Source: Fistulifera solaris
Taxonomy: Eukaryota
Assembly: GCA_030295235.1 (NCBI GenBank)
Contig: AP026148.1
Coordinates: 620,001 to 684,000, forward strand
Direction of reading: 5' to 3'
DNA length: 64,000 nucleotides
Shown piece after piece: positions 1 to 11,600 of this stretch (position 1 is its first letter; each line of letters opens with the position of its first letter). Position numbers and translations under genes: made by a program. The notes under the pieces are model-generated. The model was not told the DNA's origin, made no database searches, and saw only the letters and a program-made list of their open reading frames with translations.

Positions 1-563
1 AGATCCTCGCCGGCGTTTAGTAAACAAATTGCACGTAGCGGCACACAGTACTGCCGTGAAAAGAACGCAATAATGAAACCTGCAACAAACCAAAGGACGT
101 TTTGATTCTTTCTCTGTGAATGGTTGACTATAATGCGCCGCAACACGAGAAAAACTGGAAGCGAAGTCGTTTTCGTTCCGCTCTGTCCTTGATCCGGCAG
201 TTGTAGGCCAACTCGTGACTACCAAATACTTGCGATGATTATTATTTATTCTTTCATACTTCATACACGTTTGCCGGGTGACGAAAACACGGAAAGCTAT
301 TGAGATAGACAGATTTTGGACCATAAAGTTTCCTAGATTTCGGTAACAAAAAGCGACAGACTCCTGAGGGAAAGTGCTTTGAAATAAACAGGTCTAAAAC
401 TATAGTTCCGAGAGAAATCAAACGTTCATCACATCAGAAAATTAGTTGGCGCGCTACGGTTCCCTGCGTAACGAATTTCGCAATCATTAAGCTGCCAAAT
501 CATGAGACTTTGGTAGCTGTTTTTCTAAAGACATTTAAACGAAATGAAAAAATTCCCGCGATG

Positions 564-1792
564 TCAATTGAGCTTGCATGTAAACAGCACATGTATCTCA
601 TCATTCGGAACATGCATGTAGGGCGTACGCTCGCACACTAACGAGACGGAATTCACCAAAATCGACGACGGAAACATGGTGGAAAGATTTGAAACCACAT
701 CACGCCGAAACCGTTCTTGCACTTGATCACAGTTGGTGTTGGGAACTTTGGTGAATCGACAAAACGTCGAATGATTGATTTGAGGCATGGTAAATGTGCT
801 CGTCATTGATGAAGCTTCTTCCGGGAATTCCTCCATGAAGTCGTCAAAAGCTTTCTCGATACAGTTCCGAATCGATTGCATGCCGCCCGTCGTCTCCTTC
901 CACAGCAAAATGCCTGCTTTCGAACCCAGTTGTGCCGAATCAATTTCCAAGCGCAAAGGCTTTTGGGGAAACCGATCGTTGCGAATGGCTCGTTCCATGA
1001 TCTGCCTCGCATTCCGTATTATGACATCCTTTTGTGCTTCCGATAGGACTCCCTCGAACGTAAAGGACGAAATGTCGCCACCGTGGTATGTAGTGCGGCA
1101 AACGGATAAAAATACACGGCGGGGCGAGGAGTCGTCTTGTCTAAAAACGACTCTGTCACATCGGCTTCATCAAAACACAATTGCACAGCCGCACAAAATT
1201 GCGCATAGTTTGACAACCACTGTTCTCGTGAAGGAGGCCATCCGGCGACGACGACTAAACCGAAACATGTGTCTGCGGCTGTTGTTGGGTTCTCAATGAG
1301 AGAGACTACCCACGGATCGGGGTGGAATTCTTTCGCGGGTCCATCCCTCGGTGCAATGGCGGTCGTTGTTGTGGGCGGGTCTTTTGCTTTCGATTCAAAC
1401 GTGACTATGTGTCCTTGTTGTTGTAACACCGCAACCGCGGCGGTGGCTTGATCGACGGACACGAGAATATAATCGGTATCGTACGTACTCAGGGCAAAGA
1501 TCGAAATACCGGCATCACTCAGTGGCTTGGCCAAAGACGCCAAAATCCCCGTCCACGAAAAATCCAGGGGTCCTTGAATTTTCAAACAAGTCCAATTGTT
1601 CTGTGTGTCGGGTGTTCCGGGCGGCACGTGGGGACAAACAATGGACAACTCGTCACGGGTGCGCGTCACCGAACAAAAGGAAGCGGATGGCTTTGTCGCC
1701 CAATCAGGTACGGCGGCGTCCGGAGGCAATTTACAAACGGCAAACGAGTCGCTTAAAATAACCAGATTGAGATGCTTGGGCTGGTTTGACAT
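564..1792 (-). CDS. CASTOR-type tandem ACT domain fused to a 2H phosphoesterase-like domain (one frameshift ~1062)
   Basis: ATG 1792 (MSNQPK). ACT motifs SVTRTRDELSIV and GPLDFSWTGILASLAKPLSDAGISIFALSTYDTDYILV. C-terminal half has LHTTV and NHSTF (two HxT/S motifs). Adding one T in the run near 1062 joins ORF 1019..1891 to ORF 564..998. Confidence 0.75.
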
Positions 1793-2084
1793 TGTATTAG
1801 AAACAAAGATCAAAGCAAAAATAAAAAATGGATGCGGAAAAAATCGAAAAAAATAAAATAATGCGCTCGACAAGTGCCTGCGGGACTGCAACGAAGTTCA
1901 GTCGCGGAGAAGAGCATTATTTCACCTGAACCCTATCGCGGATCCATTTCCTTTTCCCACCACACACTCGAGTATAATTTTCCTTTCTTTTTATATTCAA
2001 AGAAAACTAGCAACAAGCATTGTATCAAAAGCATCATTGGTACAACTCTTTTGTTTATATTCAAATTCCCCTATTCGAATTAAG

Positions 2085-2762
2085 ATGACAGAAGCACGAC
2101 CCGACGGCCGTTCGGCCAATAGCCTTCGACCTCTTTCCTGTGAATTGGGCTGTCTCCAAGCCGCCGACGGCAGCGCCCTGTGGAAAGCGGGAAATACCCA
2201 CGTTCTAGCCGCCGTACACGGACCGATCGCTCCCCGCATTGCCATGGAAGAACACGCGGAAGCGTTTCGGATTCAAGTGGTCATTCAAACGTCGTCGAGT
2301 AATTGCAGTGAATGGGAAGCCTTCTTGACCCGCATCCTCACGTCGTGTTGTTGCACACAATTGTATCCCCGGTGTATTCTGTCCATCACCATTCATGTCC
2401 TATCACATGATGGATCCATCTTAGCGGCGGCATTGCATGCAGCGGTTTCGGCTCTGATGGATGCGGGCATCGAAATGAGAACGTTGCCGGTGGGTGTCAC
2501 CTGTCTATTATTGAATCCGGATATCTTGCTGGATCCGACACAAGTGGAAGAGGATGAAAGCGCTTCCTTAATGCTAGTCTTGGAGAATAGTGATGCGGAT
2601 CAAATCTTGGCTTGTTATTCATCGAGTTCTTTGAATCAGTCCATTCACAATATTTTGAAGTGCTCGGTCGTGGCGGCACGAGTAAGTCAAGCCATTTCGG
2701 CCTTTTGGAGAATAGCCGTCGAGTCAAAAGTCAAGCGACAATGCGAAACTATATTTTCCTGA
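2085..2762 (+). CDS. RRP46: Exosome complex component RRP46 (RNase PH family)
   Basis: RPDGRSANSLRPLSCELGCLQAADGSA, VLAAVHGP, LYPRCILSITIHVLSHDGSILAAALHAAVSALMDAGIEM, LLDPTQVEE. Confidence 0.85.
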   Translation: MTEARPDGRSANSLRPLSCELGCLQAADGSALWKAGNTHVLAAVHGPIAPRIAMEEHAEAFRIQVVIQTSSSNCSEWEAFLTRILTSCCCTQLYPRCILSITIHVLSHDGSILAAALHAAVSALMDAGIEMRTLPVGVTCLLLNPDILLDPTQVEEDESASLMLVLENSDADQILACYSSSSLNQSIHNILKCSVVAARVSQAISAFWRIAVESKVKRQCETIFS

Positions 2763-3232
2763 GTAGAATGAAGTAGAGAAAGAGTGGCCAATGTATCGTA
2801 GTCTTGTTTGACTTACGCGAACCATAATGCTCTACCATTTACTTCGATTGAACGATGATTTCACATTTAAAACAACCATGTTGATGTGAAGATAGTCATA
2901 CATAAGATAAAGATGATCTTCTTACAGACATATACTTTGATCAGTGATTTAACAGCCTAGAAATTGTTGTCGATGGACTTGAGTCACGAAGCATCGCGAA
3001 CACATTTTACAAGGTACCGGTACCAGTACAAGTACGTACCAGGTACTTGTAGTACGATTTTTCACGTATGGAGTCCGAACATTCCTGAAAATCGTAGCGG
3101 CATTACACATTGAACGACCGTCCATCCACCCACCCACCTGTCCGCAGCAGCACAGCAACAGCAACACCTTTTACGCACAAAAACAACCCCCGTTGACCAA
3201 AATCCTTATTGTTTCATCTAGTTTGAACCAAA

Positions 3233-4012
3233 ATGCGACTTTCTACCAAACGAGACTATCTTTCATGCTCCCAGAGTGATTTGGCGACAGATGATTGCAA
3301 GCGACAGCGCACGGAAAGCCCTGTTCAGTCGTTGTTCGCTTCTCTTCGATCACCTGTCGACTTTCGAGATGACAATGATGATGATGTCCCCTTCCTCTCC
3401 GGTTCCGTTCCTTGTGAATCGATTCCTGATGACGATGTGTCTTTTATCTTATCGTTTGCGGAATCGCATGAAGAGATGCAGTCGTGGATTTGTGAGAACG
3501 AGAACGCCGCATGGGCCCAAAGCACTGTTCAGGCGCTGCTTTCGTTGAATGTCACTGCGTCTCGTGGCTCTTCAAGCAGGTCTTTTCTTGAAAATCATCG
3601 TGTGTCTCGCCGTGTACAATTTGTGCCCGGTTTCTACACTGTCAAGGAGATTCCCCATCATAATTCGTTGACGGCCGATGAAAAGCGTTCGTTGTATCGT
3701 AACAAGCGTACGTTGCAGGCAGAGAAGGATGAAATTTGCCTGGAGATCAGGTTTGAGCGTCGTTTACGTCTTTGCGGCGCCGCTGATGCGCTGGAAGAAG
3801 GGTGTTTCTTCCGCAACCATCTTGGAGAGTTGGTCCATCCAGCACACTGGCCTGTGTATGTGAATGAAATTCTTCCAAGTCTTCCCCTCGATACTCCCGT
3901 CGTTGGCTTTTCCTCACTGAACGAGTACAAACAAAGTGATGAGTTGTCCAAGTATGAGCAATACTTTGACAACGCCATGCGGAAAAGAGTCTTCCATCCC
4001 TCGATCCCTTGA
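3233..4012 (+). CDS. Hypothetical protein with RVxF motif, tandem paralog A
   Basis: Intact 259-aa ORF. Shares RV.F...TVKEI.HH and FRN..GELVHPAHW with the gene at 4626. Confidence 0.7.
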   Translation: MRLSTKRDYLSCSQSDLATDDCKRQRTESPVQSLFASLRSPVDFRDDNDDDVPFLSGSVPCESIPDDDVSFILSFAESHEEMQSWICENENAAWAQSTVQALLSLNVTASRGSSSRSFLENHRVSRRVQFVPGFYTVKEIPHHNSLTADEKRSLYRNKRTLQAEKDEICLEIRFERRLRLCGAADALEEGCFFRNHLGELVHPAHWPVYVNEILPSLPLDTPVVGFSSLNEYKQSDELSKYEQYFDNAMRKRVFHPSIP

Positions 4013-4625
4013 TTCCTAAGCGTTTTCTCAACTCGCGATATTTTGTCTCGTTTTCCCTGTATTGTGCTCCCCGTAGTAGCGATTTGAAACGATTCAACCG
4101 CTCTTGTTCTATGTCAAGTGTTAAGTAGTGATTATTGTAGATGATTCTTAAAAAAATACTCCGTATTCAGTTTTATAGCTATGAACTGCCTCCCCTTAGT
4201 TTTCTTGGTAACGTCGTCTTTGTTGTTGTGTATCGTACCGTATGGTATCGTATCGTATTGTTATCGTCGTGTTTTGTTGCAGCTTGCAGCGTAAGGTGAC
4301 TTTTCACACAATGCGCGTTGTGCTTTCAAATCGATTCGTAATTATTAGAGATCTTTTGAAAAGAAATCAAGCTCTTCAAAGCTTTAATCCGTTTACTCTC
4401 GTCGAAACTCGTCCTCGCTCCTCGCTCTATAGTTTCTTCATGAGTAAACGTTAGTGTACCAGCGCTACGTGAGAGCTACTTACACGATTTGTACCAGGGC
4501 AGTCGTAGAAAATTAGTCGGTCCGTCAGACGTCGGTCAGTCCGCAGCAAGCATTTTATTCACTCTCGCGCACAAAACAACCCCGTTTTACCAAATTCCTC
4601 ATTGTTTCATCTATTTTGAATCAAA

Positions 4626-5368
4626 ATGCAAGTTTACAGCAAACAAAACCACCTTTCATGCTCCAAGAGTCCCTCGGAGACGATTTTCGACACGCTACAG
4701 CGGCCGACAAGCCCTCTGTGGTCGTTGCAAGCCGAAGACGTTCACGATGTTCCCTGTCTCTCTGATTGCGACGCGGGTGTCGCGGAATCGTTGCTTCCAC
4801 GTGATTTCGATGTCGACAATGATGACAAGATCTCTTCTTTCCTTCTGTCCCTTACAATATCGCATGAAGAACCGCTGTTGACGGTGAACAAGACTCAAAA
4901 GGGAGTATTAAAGACGAGCACTCCTTCGGTGACGTTACACTCTTCGCTCAAGATTGCTCCATCCAGTCATCCTGCGCCTCGTCGTGTTCGATTTGCTTCG
5001 GATCTTGCGACGGTGAAAGAGATATCCCATCATCGTTCGTTCACAACCGACCAAAAGCGTTTGTTATATCGTGACCTTAAAATGTCATTTGTCAGGAGAT
5101 TGAATTTGAGCGCAGTCTGTATGGGGATGAATGCATTAAGGATGTATTGGAAGAAGAAGCGTACTTTCGGAATCGTCGCGGAGAACTCGTTCATCCAGCC
5201 CACTGGAGTGCTTTTACGGACGAGATCGTTTACAGCATTGACGTCGACCCTACATCTGTACCACCTGTATTCTCTTCGGTAGAAGCCTCCAAGAAGTACT
5301 TGTTCCAGTACGAGCGTTTCTATGATCATGTCCTTCCGAATCGTGCTTCTGAATCATCCAGTCGGTGA
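4626..5368 (+). CDS. Hypothetical protein with RVxF motif, tandem paralog B (frameshift ~5078)
   Basis: ORFs 4626..5282 and 5147..5368 join if one A is added at cttaaaatg, restoring ICQEIEFER...FRNRRGELVHPAHW as in paralog A. Confidence 0.65.
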
Positions 5369-6449
5369 AAGAGAAGAGCTCCTTTGTCGTTGCCTTTCGT
5401 ACTCCTTGTTTGTCGTTGTGTGTGTTGTGCTTCTCGTAACGGTGATTCGAGACTTGTTTAGTAAATATTACGTTGTCTAGATGATGCTTCAAAACAAATT
5501 AATGTAGTATGTTGTATACATATCTTTAGTTTTCGTAATTGCGTGAACGTACACGCGAGCGACGGGGTTTATGTATCGGAAGCGGTTGCATGAGCAACTG
5601 TTCTCTTCGAGTACATGTAGAACCGTTCCAAGCACGCTTGGACAGCTTCAATAAAAAGTCAAAATTGTTATGCAGTTTGTTTCTGTTTCTATCACTTATA
5701 GACAAGAGTCCCCCGCGTTTCCCATTGCTCGTCCAAAAGCGCCCGAGACCGTTTGTCATCTTCCGTGGTTTTTTGGCGATCCAGCGACTTGCGAAACGAA
5801 AAAAGAAAGAACAACAGTATTGTCATTGCATTGCATTGCATTCAATCTCCTAATTAACAGCAACTTGACTATACGACGACGATCAATGGCCCGCAAAAGC
5901 AAACAACCAGGAGGCAATTTCCCTTTGACCCAACACGAACACAAAACGCTTTGTCCGTGCTCATGAGTCATAATTAGAGATCGTTTGAATACAAATCTAG
6001 TTCTTTATTGCTTTCCAGTACGCCGACGGTTGAAGCAAAGTGTGGCATGATTTGAGCTTCCGTAACATTGATGATGATATTATTCGGACTTATTATTTAT
6101 GTCAACAACTCTAAGAACAAAAATGATTGAGTTGGTTATCGCGATAATTGGCGCACGTTACCTACATTAACTCCAACCTTTGTCAAAACGACTTACGATT
6201 CCGATCGTATTTTTCGCGTTGCGTTATTTCGCTCTATTCGAGGTATGCGCTCGTCGATTTCGTTCGATCAAAGGCTTCTCATTTTCCTTTCGATTGTACG
6301 GAGTCAACCAAAAGAGATGTGCTTCTCGTTTTGGAAATAGTCCAAATTGCCTTGTCTCGCGCACTTCTTTTCATAATTTGACGTTGCATTTGATGTTTCT
6401 TACTCATTGCTACTTCGTATAGTTTGATCCTTTTCATCTTCATTTCATC

Positions 6450-7272
6450 ATGACGACTACAACTACAACAAATGCCTCTTTATTATACTGGAATCTGGCC
6501 GCCTACTTCGTGAATGTCGCCATAACCTTTGGGGTTGGTGTTGGGCGATCACCCACGAATGCAGAATTGTCGGAAAAGTATCAAACACTCGTGACACCTG
6601 TCGGTTGGGCCTTTGCCATATGGTCGTTGATTTTTACCCTGCAAGCTTTCTGGACCGCTTGGCCGTTCTGTTCCTCAAAGAAAATCAGCGTCATCGGATA
6701 CCGCTACGTGTGGATTGTGATGGCCCAAGCGGGTTGGACGTTGTCCTTTTCGCACGAACGAATCGTCGCCTCTATGCTCTTCATGACCGCCTTGGCTTCT
6801 TTTTTTGTGGGAAACTGTCGCGACACTGCCGCCTCCAGCGACGTGGAAGGAATATGCCTTGACGCATTTGCCTTTCACCTTGCATACGGGATGGATTTCG
6901 GCAGCCACTTTGGTGAATGCGAATGTCGTTTTGGTGTATCTGGGAGTTGCGGCGCCAACTCAGTACAGTGCGGCCTTGTTGTCGCTCTTGTCGCTCTTTG
7001 GTCTGGCGGTGTCGGAAGTCGTGCGAGATCATGATTGGGTGATCCCTGCGACCCTGGCTTGGGCGGCTTACGGCATTCATCGCGAGCTTTCGTCGCCCAA
7101 GTTGTCCATTCGCATCACCTTTCCTGAACGGCAAATTGTGCAACTTCAACAGGGTGCGGCTTGGGCGACCATGACGATTGTTGCCTTGCTAGTCGTACGA
7201 ATTGGTATTCGATTGACGACTCGTCGTCAACCTCTTCATCAATCGAACGAAGCTGCTCCGTTGCGTGAGTAA
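6450..7272 (+). CDS. TspO/MBR-related (tryptophan-rich sensory protein-like) multipass membrane protein (frameshift in T-run ~6800)
   Basis: LSEKYQTLVTPVGWAFAIWSLIF, PFTLHTGWISAATLVNANV, D.VIPATLAWA.YGI; multiple hydrophobic helices. Confidence 0.7.
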
Positions 7273-7396
7273 TGCGCTGAGATCTTCATAAATGTAGCGT
7301 AAACTAAATCAAGAATAGTAATCTATCTGGTTATGGTTGAAATGAATGAAAAACATGTTGCATCACAAAAGTAGCATTGACTAGATTCTCATCGTT

Positions 7397-7510
7397 TCAC
7401 ACTTTCTGGCGTTTTATAGAAGCCATAGCTCTCATTGCTGCCATGTGACTGCTTGAAATAAAATATATGAAAACACTCAAGCTCAATCCTCTTGAGAGGA
7501 CTCCGGCGAC
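7397..7510 (-). pseudogene. Duplicated remnant of the formin gene 3' end
   Basis: Encodes SSSHMAAMRAMASIKRQKV* versus formin C-terminus SSSHMAAMRAKARMRRQRNAKR*. DNA tagctctcattgctgccatgtgactgct matches ~8692-8719. Confidence 0.7.
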
Positions 7511-7839
7511 ACAATTGACGCACAATGAGTTGTAACCTTTCGAAGTCGCGTTGCTAATTTTGCTTTCCGACTTTCGACTCACTACCTGGTAGCCAACTTT
7601 TCAGCAATTAGTGTCTGGGCGACATGTTCCCAAAATGATGCACAACCTTAGAACTACTTTTAACAGGATACTAAAAATGGATACAAAATCCGAAACCTGA
7701 AGTGCCTGCGATGCATGACCCATCGCCTCGCTCACTTATTTTGCATTGCTCTGTATATTCCATTTTAAATCCATCCATCTCTTCTTCGTTGTGAGAGTAA
7801 AGAGACTGAAATTTATTTACTCGAGTCAAAGCTGCTGCC

Positions 7840-8522
7840 ATGCCAACGGATGAGGAAACCGTCGACCTGTATTTGTCCTTTGCGATCTATTTCGTGATTT
7901 TTGCTTTGCAGACCCTGAAGTTCTTTCTTCCGTACCTTGAAAAGCATCACCATCCAGTCAGAAAGGTTCAAATTGTAATCGCTTTAGTAGGCTGGGCGGT
8001 ATCTTTCTTGCTAGGGTGGCTGATGATTACCATTGTTTTCTTGACTATGCTGGCTTCGTTTTTGTGGAACAACGTCGCCACGCTTCCGGCTGCGCCGAAA
8101 TGGGGAGAATACTTGATGATTCATCAAACCTTTGCCTTGCATACGGGATATATGTTGGCAAACATATTTATTTATACCCGTATCATATTGCTTGATGGGG
8201 GACTCTCGGTAAAGGGCATTGGATTGCCGCGTGGCTGTCCTTCTTGCTTCTCTTTACTCGAGCTGTTTCGGAAGTCCTGCGTAATCATGACTCAATGCTC
8301 CCTCTGTCAATAGCCTGGGCGTTCCTCGCCATTCGGGCAGAGTTTTCGTCACCCTCGGCACTCATTTCTAATACGCTCGGTGAGCAACAAATAGGACAAT
8401 TTTGTCAGGCAAACACCTTGGCTGTTATGACGATTCTTGTCTTGTTGGCAATACGGTTTAGATTCCGACGGACTCGTAAATATCAGCGTCCGGGAGTCGA
8501 AGCAATTCCGTTGCGTGAGTAA
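7840..8522 (+). CDS. Diverged paralog of the 6450 membrane protein (frameshift ~8215; possibly decaying)
   Basis: Shares VATLP...W.EY, F.LHTG, AVSEV.R.HD and the identical C-terminus PLRE*. It lacks the TPVGWAFAIW block. Confidence 0.6.
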
Positions 8523-8653
8523 TTGCACTGATATAGACTGAAGTGTCAAGATGAATTGTTTTTTCGACTAATAGTTATTAACAAGAAATATATTACATCA
8601 CAATAGTAGCTCTGGTGGTTGTCAACACGTTCCATAAATATATAGAACCTTTT

Positions 8654-11600
8654 TTACCGTTTCGCATTCCTTTGGCGTCTCATACGAGCCTTAGCTCTCA
8701 TGGCTGCCATGTGACTGCTCGAATTCGAATGTTGCGAGAGACTGGGCTCAATCGCTGGCGGGGATTCGGGCGGCAAGGTCTCGTTGGGGTACGGCGAACT
8801 TTCTGTTTCGTAGGAGTTTGCTGGGGAATCCTGCTGCTGGTATGATTCTTGGTGCGAAAGGTGATTGTATTCTCTCGATTCGGTATATTGAGGCTCCCTG
8901 TATCTATCACTCCGTCCGTAATGCTGCGGCCGTTGCGGCGAAACTTCCACAGTTCGCGCAGACGAGTACGCCATTGCTTGACTCACCGAAGGTTGATGAT
9001 CTGAGGCCCGGACCATTGAGCTAGGATTTCGTGGTGGCGACGATTTCATCGGCGTGCTCGTATGATTTGTCGACTGTGCGTGCCCTTGATAAAAGGCCGG
9101 AGGTTTTTCTTTCCTGCGGGGCGCCAACTCTATTTGCTTGTCGCTTACGTTCTTCTCGCTGCTTCTTTTTTTCTTCGGAGAAAACGTGTTCCTTTGCCTG
9201 TTCGAAGTCGCGGCAAAATTTCACAAATGTACTGAAAATCTCGTGGGGTTGCTTGTTTTTGTTTTCTTCGCCGAAGTACTCGAGAAGACTGGAAAACTTG
9301 AATTTCGTTTCTTCAATCTTGTCACGAAGGGCAGATATGTATTTAATGGCACTCAATGTAAACATGCCAACCTGAGTCGATTTCAAAGCCTCGACTTCTT
9401 CCTCCAAAGAAAACTCTTCTTCAGCATCGCTGAGACTTTCGTCGTCATCTTTGGTACTTTTCTTCTTTAGGCCGTACGCGTGCGTATGGCGAGCTTGATA
9501 CAAAGCCATACGGCGGACATTCTCCAGCTGATTTTCGACCTCTTCTAGATCGCCGACGCACTGCTCCCACGACACTTTGTCTGCTTTGAATACTGTTGGG
9601 ATATCATCCTCGAAACGAAGCAAAAGTTCATTGTTGCGGTTGACGATTCGGATCACATATTCCAGAAAGGTTGTCTTCTTATCAAACGCCTTTGCTTGCT
9701 TCAGCTTTAAAAGCGAATCAATTGTAAATGCTCCTGCTTTTTGGTAGCTACCACTGCCTGCTGTGTTCAAGCGATTGCCAAACTCAAGAATGATGCCAAG
9801 CAATTGACGAAGTCGGACTGAATTGGTGAGTTCATCGCAAGCTGCTTCGACTAAGAACGCTTCTTTCTGAATATCTCTGACGAATGTCTCAAACTGGAGC
9901 TTAAAGAGTAAAGCTCTGACTTTTCTTTTCGCGTGTTTGACGGTCATCATCGAAACCATGAACTTTTCACATTCACAAAGCCCGTCGAATTTCTCAGCAG
10001 CGTCTTGCCCTCCTTCAAGCATATACGTCTCTAGAGCTTTGCGTTCGTTCTTAGTTGGTAAATACTCTATCATGTTCTCGATCTGTTCAGCATTCATAGC
10101 ATACTCGTCGATTCTGTCCACTGCGTCGGCCATCTCGTCGTGAGACATTTTGAGTCGCGCAAGAACTATACCCCCGTTGTTGGCACGCTTGGGGTCGATG
10201 ACACGAACAGTTGCACTTCGCTTTACATTTTCCTGCTTTGTTGTCTTAGCGGCAGTCTCCGCTATCTTTTCAACTTGAAAGAGTTCTTGAAACTCTTTCT
10301 CATCAATATCGATTTGGATGTTATCCTCTTGATCAATCTTTGCCCACAAAGAGTTCCGAGTCACCTTGCGTAATGGATTCCAATGCAACCGAGCCCTCCT
10401 GTGCGAATCTTGTTCTTTCTCCACATCTTTCGCAGGCTTTTGAACCGCGGTTACTGGTAAATCGTGATCTTGATCCATAACGGACGGATCCAAACCATCT
10501 CGCGCCATGGCGTGCTTAACAGCTTCCATGGGAAGTCCGATACTAAGCATTCTGAAGTACTTGCTATATGTCGGGTCGAGTTTCAGTGGAATACCAGCAG
10601 GCTTGTTGTGATCGCCGTCCATTACAGAGGGATCCAAGCCTTCTCGAGTCATTGCATGCTTGACTACCTCCATTGGCATTCCAAGCTTAAGCATTTTAAA
10701 GAATCGGGTATACTGAGGATCGTCTTTCAAAGCAGGAAGGCCATTGAGTGTGGGCGGCTGTACGGGGTTTTTAACTTCATCCGGAACTTCCTCTGGCACT
10801 GCACTACGCGGTGATGCAACAGACTCTTTTCCTGCCAGAAACGCGTTAAGCATCATCATAGTAGCTTTGGGCGTGTGGGCTTTGTTGTTTCGAGTTTGAT
10901 CTTCTCCACTTTCGCCCCTTCCATTGGTTTGGCTACTAGGCCGCGTCGGAGACGCCTCCGAATTACTTGACAAGCCCCTTTGCTGCAGCTGTTGCAGCAT
11001 GAGCATATGAGACAGAGCAGCATTCGGCTCTTCCTTCGATCTCTTGATACTGCTTTCGGTCTCGATCACTAGATTAGTTTTCCGTGTCGGTGAGGACTCT
11101 GTATCAATCTGGAGCTTATTTCGAGCCGGCGATGAACTTAGAGCGACTTGAATCTCGGATGAGTAGTTTGAGGTACCGCTGGTGCCAAAGCCCTGGTCGT
11201 CGCTTTCCATAGTTCGTGAAGGTGAAAAACCACTGGGTTTCGATTGACCATCAGCTCCACGCGATAGCGGGAATTCTTTCGTTGTGCGGTTGATGCACCA
11301 ACCGAGGGGGGAGAATGTTCGGTTGAGTTAGATTGATGCTTCATGTCGTCGGTCAGCTTCAAAGAATTGTCATTCTTGTGACCATTGTTCGTTGTCGGCT
11401 TCAGCACGTCTCGGTAATTGGGCACAGAAATAGCGCTTTTATCGTGATCATTAGTTTTCAAACTTTTCCGGTTCGCGGCTATCCTTTTCTTGATCAGTGC
11501 TTCAACATCCATCTCTTTCGATTGAATGTCCTCCCGGCGAGCGTCATCTTGTTGTTGCTTCCGAAGTTCCAGCTCGCGCTTTTCTTTGTAACTCATCTTT

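Noticed and set aside
1..265. Possible 5' end of a minus-strand membrane protein running off the window (VLWFVAGFIIAFF)
   Set aside because: It needs several indels and no motif supports it.
5960..5972. TGAGTCA/TGACTCA bZIP-like sites here and at ~2980, ~20950, ~43059
   Set aside because: A 7-mer at this frequency is near chance expectation; unsupported without enrichment data.
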